From assembly GCA_963828125.1 (NCBI GenBank), contig CAWHDP010000002.1, positions 640,001-704,000 of the forward strand: a DNA stretch of 64,000 nucleotides, written 5' to 3'. This document shows positions 29,817 through 38,161 of this stretch, piece by piece. Numbering within the stretch: the first letter of the stretch is position 1; every line of letters starts with the position of its first letter. The DNA comes from an uncultured Chlamydiae bacterium. GTDB lineage: Bacteria > Chlamydiota > Chlamydiia > Chlamydiales > SM23-39. Under the pieces are notes generated by a model. The model was given only the letters and a program-made list of their open reading frames with translations. It was not told where the DNA came from and ran no database searches. Made by a program: the position numbers and the translations under genes.

Positions 29817-30568
29817 TAATAAGCACCTTGTCGATAATCAAACTGTTTCCAAATGGAGCTCATCTCCAACATAATTTTCTCAACGGCAAGCCCCTTCCGA
29901 ATCACAGTCGGAACGTCCGTCAATTGGCCATTCGCACCTACCATCGAAACCATCACCCCCTGTTCATAGCGAGTGCTTGCATCTTCATTAGGTTGTTGCT
30001 TAGCCACATAATCATCAGCGTAAATAGCCGTGTCGATACCATTCAAGATCTGCTCACCAACTCCTTCCAATTGACCACGATTTCCTTTTCCAGAAGGGTT
30101 TGCCGATGAAGCAAAAACCAGGCGCTGATGATCCTCCCATAACTGCCTACAAATTGTTTCCGACGGTTTACCAAAGCAGATCACGAAACAGCTGGTATTA
30201 CGACTGTCCATAATGAGTTCGCGAGAGCCGTCAGCAGGGATATATCGATCCATCGCACTAGGCTGCCACGGCAAGATGCAGCCGAGCAAAATATCCTTCC
30301 CTTCGCAAGCTTTATAAAGGCGCTTAATTTCCTCATTCATTTGTGCCAGTTTCTCAACCTGCTCGATACTGCCGCAAAGCACTACGCCTGGCTTGGTACG
30401 TGACCGTCCCTTCAATACAAACTTTCTCTCCAATCCTGCACGATCTGCCGTTGCGATAATGTATCCCACCTTCGTCGGAGTAACGATCGTTTTGCCACCT
30501 TGCAAGAGCAAATCGGCAGTTCGCTTGAGAACTTCGTCATTGCCATCCCACCAACTATCCTTCTTCAT
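29813..30568 (-). CDS. Sua5/YciO/YrdC (TsaC-like) family protein
   Basis: PTKVGY, LKGRSRTKP and SSANPSG motifs. Confidence 0.75.
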   Translation of the reverse strand: MKKDSWWDGNDEVLKRTADLLLQGGKTIVTPTKVGYIIATADRAGLERKFVLKGRSRTKPGVVLCGSIEQVEKLAQMNEEIKRLYKACEGKDILLGCILPWQPSAMDRYIPADGSRELIMDSRNTSCFVICFGKPSETICRQLWEDHQRLVFASSANPSGKGNRGQLEGVGEQILNGIDTAIYADDYVAKQQPNEDASTRYEQGVMVSMVGANGQLTDVPTVIRKGLAVEKIMLEMSSIWKQFDYRQGAYY

Positions 30569-30577
30569 AAATCCTCC

Positions 30578-31726
30578 TTATGTATTAAACCGTTTTACTA
30601 GAACAATTAAGTCTTCGTCATAGACGCATTTCTTGCGGTCTGCAAGATCTTTGAAGGAAACAAATAGCTCATCTATAAACGCCCCAACGTCAATTCCCAA
30701 CTGCTGTAGCCGATAGATCAAAGCATGTTTCCCGGAATGTTTGCTTAAGACGATTTCCGTCGACTCAAAGCCTACATCTTTTGGGTCCATGATTTCGTAG
30801 GTCTGCTGATTCGACAACATTCCGTGCTGGTGAATTCCAGAACCATGAGCAAAAGCATTTTTCCCAACAATAGCCTTATTGGGAGGCGCTTTATACCCAG
30901 TAATTTCACTCAAAGCTTGGCTTATACCAACGAGTCCCGGCGTATGGATCGAGGTTTGGGCTCCATAGATATCGCTTTTGGTCTTCATAGCCATTACGAC
31001 CTCTTCCAAAGCTGCGTTCCCAGCTCTTTCCCCTACCCCGTTAATCGTGCACTCGATTTGCCCAGCACCTCTCAATACTCCCGTAAGGCTGTTAGCCACA
31101 GCAAGCCCCAAATCATCATGGCAGTGGGTTGAAATGATCGCCTTTTCAATTCCCTTCACATTGCTCCTTACATATGCAATCAAATCTCCATACTCTTCCG
31201 GAGTCATGTACCCCACTGTATCGGGAATATTGACCACATCAGCGCCAGCTGCAATGACAGCTTCAAGAACCTGTACGAGAAACTCCCGATCGGTCCGAGA
31301 GGCATCTTCGGCAGAAAACTCAACTCTAGAAGTAAAGATCCTAGCTTGGCTTACGCCTTTGATCGCCTTTTTAATGACCTCTTCCCGAGTCATTTTCAAT
31401 TTATGCTGCATATGGATCTCACTCGTAGCGATAAAGACATGAACGCGCGGCCTAGCCGCCTTTTCTAAAGCTCGAATCGCACAATCAATATCCTTTTCAT
31501 TGCACCGAGCCAAGGCACACACCTCTACATTTTGGCAGCTTTCTGCGATCGCTTGAACGGATTCAAAATCCTGCGGTGAGGCGATCGGGAATCCTGCTTC
31601 GATCACATCGACGCCAAGAGCTTCAAGTCTTTTGGCAAAGGCTACCTTCTCCTCTTTTTTCATTGCAAAACCCGGAGCCTGCTCTCCATCTCGGAGAGTT
31701 GTGTCAAATATACGAACATGCTTCAT
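30578..31726 (-). CDS. leuA: 2-isopropylmalate synthase, short form without the C-terminal regulatory domain
   Basis: FDTTLRDGEQAPG, HCHDDLG, GERAGNA and HGSGIHQHG motifs; ends at 382 aa. Confidence 0.93.
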   Translation of the reverse strand: MKHVRIFDTTLRDGEQAPGFAMKKEEKVAFAKRLEALGVDVIEAGFPIASPQDFESVQAIAESCQNVEVCALARCNEKDIDCAIRALEKAARPRVHVFIATSEIHMQHKLKMTREEVIKKAIKGVSQARIFTSRVEFSAEDASRTDREFLVQVLEAVIAAGADVVNIPDTVGYMTPEEYGDLIAYVRSNVKGIEKAIISTHCHDDLGLAVANSLTGVLRGAGQIECTINGVGERAGNAALEEVVMAMKTKSDIYGAQTSIHTPGLVGISQALSEITGYKAPPNKAIVGKNAFAHGSGIHQHGMLSNQQTYEIMDPKDVGFESTEIVLSKHSGKHALIYRLQQLGIDVGAFIDELFVSFKDLADRKKCVYDEDLIVLVKRFNT

Positions 31727-32660
31727 GACACACCTCCGATATAGAAAACTCTGATACCCAGCCCTTTGATTTAGGGTGCTCCATTTCGATCACACTTTGA
31801 AACTCTTGTCTGACCGCTCTGGCAATAGAGCCTTCCTTTCCATTTCCAATGATTCTTCCGTCTACGGAATCCGCGAAAATGACTCCAGCTGCCGTACCTG
31901 TCAAAAACAACTCATCGCAGGTATAAATCATCGATCGGCTAATCGGTTCATAACGGATCTTGTAGCCTTTGGTCTCCAGAAGCTCGATCACCGTTCTCAT
32001 TGTGATGCCCTCCAATACATCGGATCCTACGGGAGGAGTGAAAACTTCCCCTCGATGTACGATGAAAAGATTTGCAACGCTGGCCTCAACAATATTTTGA
32101 TTGTGGTCCATCATCAAAGCTTCGTCGTATCCAGCAGCTCTGGCATCCGTTGTGGCCATAGAGGAGTTCACATAACAGCCTCCAGCTTTAGCCTTTGTTG
32201 ACATCGCAGCATCGGAGATCTTTTGCCAACTAGAAATAGTCAGCCTCAATCCCTTATCGCTCTGGTAGTAGGACTTCAAAGGGATCATATAAACCCCAAG
32301 ATCAAATGTGAGTCCATTGTAGCAGACCCCGATCACTTCATTTTCAGAGTAGAGAAAGGGGCGAATATAAAAGTCCGATTCAGGACGGTTGGCTTCAATC
32401 AACTGAGCAATAATTTGCTCAAAATCCCCATAGGAAATATGAAATCCAAATCCCATAATCTTTGAGGCGTTCATCAACCTTTCATGGTGATCCCGCAATC
32501 TAAAAATTCGGACCTTTCCCTCTCGCACATAACCTCGAATTCCTGCAAAGCAAGTCGATCCATATTGCAAGCTATGGCTAGCCAGACTGACGGTTGCTTG
32601 TTCCTTTGGAACAATCTGATGCCCTTTAAAAGCAAAAGGCATAACGGATGGCGTTGCCAT
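31704..32660 (-). CDS. ilvE: Branched-chain amino acid aminotransferase
   Basis: LQYG, AKAGGCYVNS, GYDEAL, LEGIT and DELFLTGTAA motifs. Confidence 0.9.
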   Translation of the reverse strand: MATPSVMPFAFKGHQIVPKEQATVSLASHSLQYGSTCFAGIRGYVREGKVRIFRLRDHHERLMNASKIMGFGFHISYGDFEQIIAQLIEANRPESDFYIRPFLYSENEVIGVCYNGLTFDLGVYMIPLKSYYQSDKGLRLTISSWQKISDAAMSTKAKAGGCYVNSSMATTDARAAGYDEALMMDHNQNIVEASVANLFIVHRGEVFTPPVGSDVLEGITMRTVIELLETKGYKIRYEPISRSMIYTCDELFLTGTAAGVIFADSVDGRIIGNGKEGSIARAVRQEFQSVIEMEHPKSKGWVSEFSISEVCHEACSYI

Positions 32661-33717
32661 AAATATCCTCCTCTATTTTCCTATTGCGAATGATCTTAGC
32701 TATGGCATCTCCCATGCCTGCTGTTGTGCAAATTTTCTTTGAAGTGGCAATATCTTTAGTCCGATACCCAGCTGCGATCGCCTTTTGCACTGCATCGACG
32801 ATTGCATCGTGTTCGGCCTCCATTCCAAAAGAATACTTAAGCATCAGGGCAGCCGAAAGGATTTGACCGATCGGATTTGCAATGCCTTTCCCAGCAATGT
32901 CAGGTGCGCTTCCGCCTGCCGGCTCATAAAGTCCTTTTCCTTCTTTATTGAATGAAGCGGAAGGGAGCATTCCCAACGACCCGCCCCATATGCTGGCCAA
33001 ATCAGAAAGAATGTCTCCAAACAAATTTGGCATCAAAAGGACATCGAAATTCCGAGGATTTTTAGCTAATTGCATGGCGCAATTATCGACTAATATGTGT
33101 TCCACCTTACATTCGGGATATTCTTTTGAAACCTCCTCGACAACCTCCCGCCACAACTTGCTGCAATCCAAAACATTTGCCTTATCGACTGATGTGACTT
33201 TTTTACCCCTCGACATTGCGAACTCAAATGCCTGATGGGCGATCTGGCGAATCGCCCCTTCGCTATAGATCATCATGTCTTGGGCTACTCGCTCTCCAAT
33301 GCTCCCCGATGTTTCATGAGAGCCAAAGTAGACATCTTCAGAAAGTTCCCTTACGCAAAAGATATCTATCTCATTGCCAATCCCCTGAACAGGACGGACA
33401 TTGCAGTTCAATCCCATCTGGCTACGAATCGCCAAAATGCTATTCTTTTCACAATCCTTCCATTTAGGACTGCTCTGACTGCCTACCGGTCCGCCTACCG
33501 AACCAAATAAAATCGCATCCGCATTTTCGCAGATATCGGCTGTCTCTTGGGGAAAATGGGTTCCATGAGCATCCCATGCCGCTCCGCCAATAACAGCATA
33601 GTGGTAGATGAAGCGATGGCCGAAAATAGATTCGATCTCTTTCAACACTTTGATTGCTTCGGCCATAATTTCAGGCCCAATGCCATCGCCAGGAATAATT
33701 GCTATTGTTTTATCCAT
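32626..33717 (-). CDS. leuB: 3-isopropylmalate dehydrogenase
   Basis: GDGIGPEI, VDKANVL, NLFGDILSD and EPAGGSAPDIAG motifs. Confidence 0.96.
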   Translation of the reverse strand: MDKTIAIIPGDGIGPEIMAEAIKVLKEIESIFGHRFIYHYAVIGGAAWDAHGTHFPQETADICENADAILFGSVGGPVGSQSSPKWKDCEKNSILAIRSQMGLNCNVRPVQGIGNEIDIFCVRELSEDVYFGSHETSGSIGERVAQDMMIYSEGAIRQIAHQAFEFAMSRGKKVTSVDKANVLDCSKLWREVVEEVSKEYPECKVEHILVDNCAMQLAKNPRNFDVLLMPNLFGDILSDLASIWGGSLGMLPSASFNKEGKGLYEPAGGSAPDIAGKGIANPIGQILSAALMLKYSFGMEAEHDAIVDAVQKAIAAGYRTKDIATSKKICTTAGMGDAIAKIIRNRKIEEDIYGNAIRYAFCF

Positions 33718-33841
33718 TGTTATCTCTCCTAAAAAATTATTCAGCCGCTCTATTCCAGCTTGAAATATACAAGCAGAAATAAAGCGTTTATCTCGGATCT
33801 TTTTCCGAGCTATTTAGTTATAAAAAATCTGATTTGGTGAT

Positions 33842-33869
33842 AAAAAATGTTAAGCCCTTACAGGCTTAA
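33842..33869 (-). terminator. Putative attenuator hairpin overlapping the leader stop codon
   Basis: Minus strand TTAAGCC-TGTAAG-GGCTTAA followed by CATTTTTT. Confidence 0.55.
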
Positions 33870-33968
33870 AAGGAGGAGAGATAGTAAAGAAGAAAAACGA
33901 CGTGCAGGCGCGAAGCTTCGCTTAGAAGCTGCTCCGGCAAAAAAACTGTTGTTTTGTTGTGTTTTCAT
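33858..33968 (-). CDS. Putative leu operon leader peptide (36 aa)
   Basis: MKTQQNNSFFAGAASKRSFAPARRFSSLLSLLLLSL*; all 7 Leu lie in the last 9 codons; 140 bp upstream of leuB. Confidence 0.75.
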   Translation of the reverse strand: MKTQQNNSFFAGAASKRSFAPARRFSSLLSLLLLSL

Positions 33969-34150
33969 AACGTCATTTTTTTGTTAAATCTAACATTAAT
34001 TGTCAGACTGTATCACTATTATACAAATAATTTCCATTTATTACAATCCAAATGGATTGCATTTGAAAAAAAGCCTAGATATTTATATAATTCACTGAAT
34101 ACGAGTGTATTAAGAAATATTGACGTTCATTCACTTGAAGAAAATCTCCA

Positions 34151-34175
34151 TAACAACTAAGTTTATTAGTAGTTA
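34151..34175. promoter_or_regulatory. Inverted repeat upstream of abiEi, possible autoregulatory operator
   Basis: TAACAACTAA-GTTTA-TTAGTAGTTA (9/10 match). Confidence 0.35.
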
Positions 34176-34183
34176 AAGAGAAA

Positions 34184-35002
34184 ATGCTCAAGTATATGAA
34201 CGCAGAAACATTTCTAGCTCATAACCAGATATTTACGATAGAAGAGGCTAGAATCGCTCTTGAGATAGAGCGACCCGGGAGCACCCTTCATAATCTCTTA
34301 GCCTATCATCTCCAGAGAGGGCACATTGTTCGAATTCGCAAAGGGCTATATTACACCATTCCTAGAGGCGCAGATCCAACGACTTACCCAATCGATCCTT
34401 ACCTCATCGCCAGTAAAATGACCCAGGATGCGGTTTTGGCTTATCACACTTCACTGGGATTTCATGGAAAGCTTCATTCTTTGCGCAACAATTTTGTCTA
34501 CATTACTCAGAGAAAATTAAAACCTCCTTTTACCTTCCAAAACCTCCTCTTTAAAGGAATTTCTATTCCTAAAGGAACTTCACACGATATAAATTTTGGC
34601 GTCGAAACCATCGATTACCAAGGATGTAAAATCCGAGTTACCAATCTAGAACGCACTTTTGTAGACGTACTTGATCGGCCTGCCTTGATTGACGATTGGG
34701 AAGAAATTTGGCGCTCTTTAGAATCTATTGAATACCTCAATCTCCAGCAGGTATTGGCTTATGCCCGACTCCTCAACAATGCAACAACTTACGTTCGGAT
34801 TGCTTTCTTTCTTGATCAACATCGTGAAATGCTCAACCTCTCAGAAAAAGACCTATCCGTTTTTGATGCATTCAAACCAAAAAGCCCCCATTATTTAGCT
34901 CGCCTTAATAAAGAACCAAAACAACTCATCGCTCGATGGAATCTCATCGTTCCAAAGTCGTTGCTCCAAAGAAGTTGGGAAGAACCTCATGAAAATTTCT
35001 AA
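34184..35002 (+). CDS. Type IV TA antitoxin, AbiEi family
   Basis: N-terminal wHTH with RIRKGLY; VTNLERTFVD motif; overlaps the toxin start. Confidence 0.85.
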   Translation: MLKYMNAETFLAHNQIFTIEEARIALEIERPGSTLHNLLAYHLQRGHIVRIRKGLYYTIPRGADPTTYPIDPYLIASKMTQDAVLAYHTSLGFHGKLHSLRNNFVYITQRKLKPPFTFQNLLFKGISIPKGTSHDINFGVETIDYQGCKIRVTNLERTFVDVLDRPALIDDWEEIWRSLESIEYLNLQQVLAYARLLNNATTYVRIAFFLDQHREMLNLSEKDLSVFDAFKPKSPHYLARLNKEPKQLIARWNLIVPKSLLQRSWEEPHENF

Positions 35003-36350
35003 AGAACTACTTATTAGAGAATCCAGCAAAACAGGTTTTCGCCCTGAAATACTAGAAAAAGTTTGGCGCCTGATGAATGTGCTTGAGGGGATCTCTGGGC
35101 ATCCGTATTTGCAGGGACGACTCGTTTTAAAAGGTGGCACAGCTCTCAATCTTTTTATCTTTGATCTTCCCCGTCTTTCCGTCGATATCGATCTAAATTA
35201 TATAGGAATGCGGGATCGTGAAGGAATGATTGCCGAGCGTCCTTTAGTTGAAAAATCCCTAGAGGCTGTTTTCCAACGAGAAAATCTCACCATAAGGCGC
35301 ATCCCTGCGAAGCACGCTGGTGGAAAATGGCAGCTCAAATATCAAAGTGTCCTAGGTATCCAGGGCAATCTCGAAGTCGATCTCAATTTTATGTTCAGAA
35401 TTCCGCTTTGGGATATCCAAAAATGTTCATCTAAATTTGCAGGTCATCACCAAATCAGTGATATTCCCATCCTAGATCTTCATGAGCTTGCGGCAGGGAA
35501 GCTAACGGCTCTCTTTGCCCGCACTGCATCCCGCGACCTATTCGATACCCATCACCTTCTCACTAAAACACAGCTTAATCTCGAACAGCTGCGCTTGGCC
35601 TTCATCCTTTATATCGGGATGAGTTCAATTCAAGATTTTCAAAAGCTTTCTCCTGAATCCCTTTTATTTGATGAGGATGACTTTCAGCAGCAGCTTTTAC
35701 CCGTCTTGAGAAATGCCAAAAATCAGGAAGATTCTCGATCATGGAAAACCACAAAATTCCATGAATGCAAACAAGCTTTGGCGCAGCTCTTTCCTTTTAA
35801 GCCCCAAGAAGTGGAATTCTTGAAAAATCTCATTGAAAAAGGAGAAATCCATACCTCTCTATTGACAAATGATTCCGCCATGCAAAGCAAAATCGAACAT
35901 TTGCCATCTCTTCTATGGAGAGCTTCGCTTGCTAAATTGCCATTGCGCCAGGACATGAAAAATCTATCGCAAATCGAAGAACAGCTCTCATTAGGAAGAC
36001 TTATTGGCTCTGAAACTTACAAACACTTGCGAGGAGAAAATCTAAAATCTGCATGCGAAAAACTCATCCGAAATGGTCAAAGTGTAGATGACGATTCCTG
36101 GAATGGCCATCGTCCTCTTCACATGCTATTAAGACGCGGAGAAACTCAATCAGCGCTGCTTCTTATAGAAGCAAAAGCCGATATACATTCCACTGATCGT
36201 TCTGATCTGACTCCATTTCAAATAGCAGTGTCTATGGGAAACAAGAGAATTGCTGACTTGTTAATTTCCCTTGGAGTTCGAAAAATTGCTCCCCCAGGAA
36301 CGGGTTATGCGAACTATTATAACATGTATCATCAACTTCCTCCGAACTAA
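34989..36350 (+). CDS. AbiEii/AbiGii nucleotidyltransferase toxin with C-terminal ankyrin repeats
   Basis: LKGGTALN, RLSVDIDL, K-x-x-A-L and RDLFD motifs; GHRPLH and DLTPFQIAV ankyrin-like repeats. Confidence 0.85.
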   Translation: MKISKELLIRESSKTGFRPEILEKVWRLMNVLEGISGHPYLQGRLVLKGGTALNLFIFDLPRLSVDIDLNYIGMRDREGMIAERPLVEKSLEAVFQRENLTIRRIPAKHAGGKWQLKYQSVLGIQGNLEVDLNFMFRIPLWDIQKCSSKFAGHHQISDIPILDLHELAAGKLTALFARTASRDLFDTHHLLTKTQLNLEQLRLAFILYIGMSSIQDFQKLSPESLLFDEDDFQQQLLPVLRNAKNQEDSRSWKTTKFHECKQALAQLFPFKPQEVEFLKNLIEKGEIHTSLLTNDSAMQSKIEHLPSLLWRASLAKLPLRQDMKNLSQIEEQLSLGRLIGSETYKHLRGENLKSACEKLIRNGQSVDDDSWNGHRPLHMLLRRGETQSALLLIEAKADIHSTDRSDLTPFQIAVSMGNKRIADLLISLGVRKIAPPGTGYANYYNMYHQLPPN

Positions 36351-36814
36351 TGGAAAAAGAACCTGCAATGCCTGATAAAACAGAGAAAAAACAGGGAAAG
36401 TTTAAAAAAGGGCTCTCGGGAAACCCTCTTGGCAGACCAAGAGGAATCAGAAATAAAGCGACCATCGCAGCAGAAGCTCTCTTTGAAGGTGAGATTGAAG
36501 GAATCTGCCGCAAAGCCATAGAAGAAGCAAAGCGGGGAAACATTCAAGCAATCAAGCTTGTGTTGGATCGCATTCTTCCACCTAAAAAAGAAGCCTCTAT
36601 ATTTATTGACTTGCCTGCAATGAAAACCGGTTCGGATATTTTAGAAGCAATTCATAGAGTAGCTCAAGCCGTATCCCGTGGAGAACTCTCCCCTACAGAA
36701 GGAGATTGTCTAACCAGAATCATCGAAAGGCAAGCAAAAGTGATAGAGATGAATGATTTTGAGGAACGGCTTAAGAAATTAGAAGAACGGCAAATTCATG
36801 AAAGCCTCCATTAA
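36350..36814 (+). CDS. DUF5681 family protein (terminase small-subunit-like)
   Basis: FKKGLSGNPLGRPRG and AIKLVLDRILP motifs. Confidence 0.7.
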   Translation: MEKEPAMPDKTEKKQGKFKKGLSGNPLGRPRGIRNKATIAAEALFEGEIEGICRKAIEEAKRGNIQAIKLVLDRILPPKKEASIFIDLPAMKTGSDILEAIHRVAQAVSRGELSPTEGDCLTRIIERQAKVIEMNDFEERLKKLEERQIHESLH

Positions 36815-36971
36815 AAAGAGGCTGAAAAAGCTCGAAGAAACGCTAAAAGAAAAATCAGCTCCCCTAGATCCAGTTATCATTTACGATCCAGAGGCTCCTT
36901 TGCCAGACCTTTCACAATTCGGCGCCCAAGTCGTAATTCTTCTGCCCGATAATCGAAGACACCTATCTTGA
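36798..36971 (+). CDS. Small hypothetical protein (57 aa), not in the ORF track
   Basis: MKASIKKRLKKLEE...VVILLPDNRRHLS; overlaps the end of DUF5681. Confidence 0.5.
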   Translation: MKASIKKRLKKLEETLKEKSAPLDPVIIYDPEAPLPDLSQFGAQVVILLPDNRRHLS

Positions 36972-37033
36972 TTCCAATTTTCTTTTACATAAATATTACA
37001 TTCGTGTAAGGTCTGTCCTTTTAGGAGAAGTTC

Positions 37034-37876
37034 ATGCTGCGAAGAAGGACTTTCGTAGGTCTAGATGAGGAGAAAACTAACATTCCTGATAGAGGGGATG
37101 TTTTTTTGAGCCATGTTTACCATATCTGTCAGTCGGAAAAGATTCAGGATTTATTGACGCTTTTTAGAACAAGAACAGCTTACTACGATATGGATAAAGA
37201 CTGGCGCTTTTACCGTGTGCTCAGCCATTGGGATTCAAAGGGGCTCGTTGAATGCGAAAGAGAATCGATGGATGGTTGGAGAAAATTTAATCTGATCGAG
37301 GCATTGTGGGTCTCTGTTATTCAGAGATTGCGCCATTTGAACACTTCTTTAGGCGACATCGGTCATATAAAACCAAATTTCTTTGAAATAATCGATTGGG
37401 AATGCCCAATCTCATTGGCTGAATATTATGCTTTGTGCGCTGTTTTTCTAGAAAAACCTACATTTTTTGTTCTGGCTCCGTTATGGCGTGATTTTTTCTT
37501 CTATGAAGAGCTACAGGCAGCATTGGCAACAACCCTTTTTGAATCATGCATCATTGTTCAGCTCAATCCCCTCCTCAATAAACTGCTCCCGAAAGAAGGA
37601 GTCAAATCGCGATTTCCCTTTGAAAGCGGGATTACCTTTAAGCAACAAGAAATTCTCGAGACTCTTGCAAAAGAGGACTTCGATAAGATCACTTTTAGAA
37701 AAGAGAAAGGCAAGATCTATCGATGCGATATTGAAAAGGGATTTGCGCCCACTGTCTCTGAACATGAACTCAAGCAAGGACACAAGAATTTGACCATCAC
37801 GACGAACATAGTAGATGGACGAACTGCTTCTCGGACAAGAACGATTAAAAAACACCTTAAAGGATCTACCCAATGA
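37034..37876 (+). CDS. Hypothetical protein with a MerR-like HTH
   Basis: YRVLSHWDSKGLV...GWRKFN...LRHLNTSL; AGGAG upstream. Confidence 0.55.
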   Translation: MLRRRTFVGLDEEKTNIPDRGDVFLSHVYHICQSEKIQDLLTLFRTRTAYYDMDKDWRFYRVLSHWDSKGLVECERESMDGWRKFNLIEALWVSVIQRLRHLNTSLGDIGHIKPNFFEIIDWECPISLAEYYALCAVFLEKPTFFVLAPLWRDFFFYEELQAALATTLFESCIIVQLNPLLNKLLPKEGVKSRFPFESGITFKQQEILETLAKEDFDKITFRKEKGKIYRCDIEKGFAPTVSEHELKQGHKNLTITTNIVDGRTASRTRTIKKHLKGSTQ

Positions 37877-37972
37877 CCCACCAATATTTCGCACGGTCAA
37901 CTACTGTGTTTTTTAAATCGAAGATTTCTGCTGATGACCTCAAAAGAGTCTTGCTATTCGTCAAGGTAGTTC

Positions 37973-38161
37973 ATGCTTTCAGAAGAGAAAGCCATGGAGA
38001 TTCTCAATGGTTATGAGAGGAAATATTCTCGCAGCGAAGTAAAAATTATTAAAGAGTTTATAGAGAGGATCTGTCAAATCGAATATGAAATACTCTGCGA
38101 GAGACCAAAGACCGAAAACAGCGGTCATTTACACAAGGGTATCAACCGACGAGCAAGCTGA
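37973..38161 (+). CDS. Small protein overlapping the recombinase start
   Basis: 62-aa ORF overlapping the first 77 nt of the recombinase in another frame. Confidence 0.5.
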   Translation: MLSEEKAMEILNGYERKYSRSEVKIIKEFIERICQIEYEILCERPKTENSGHLHKGINRRAS

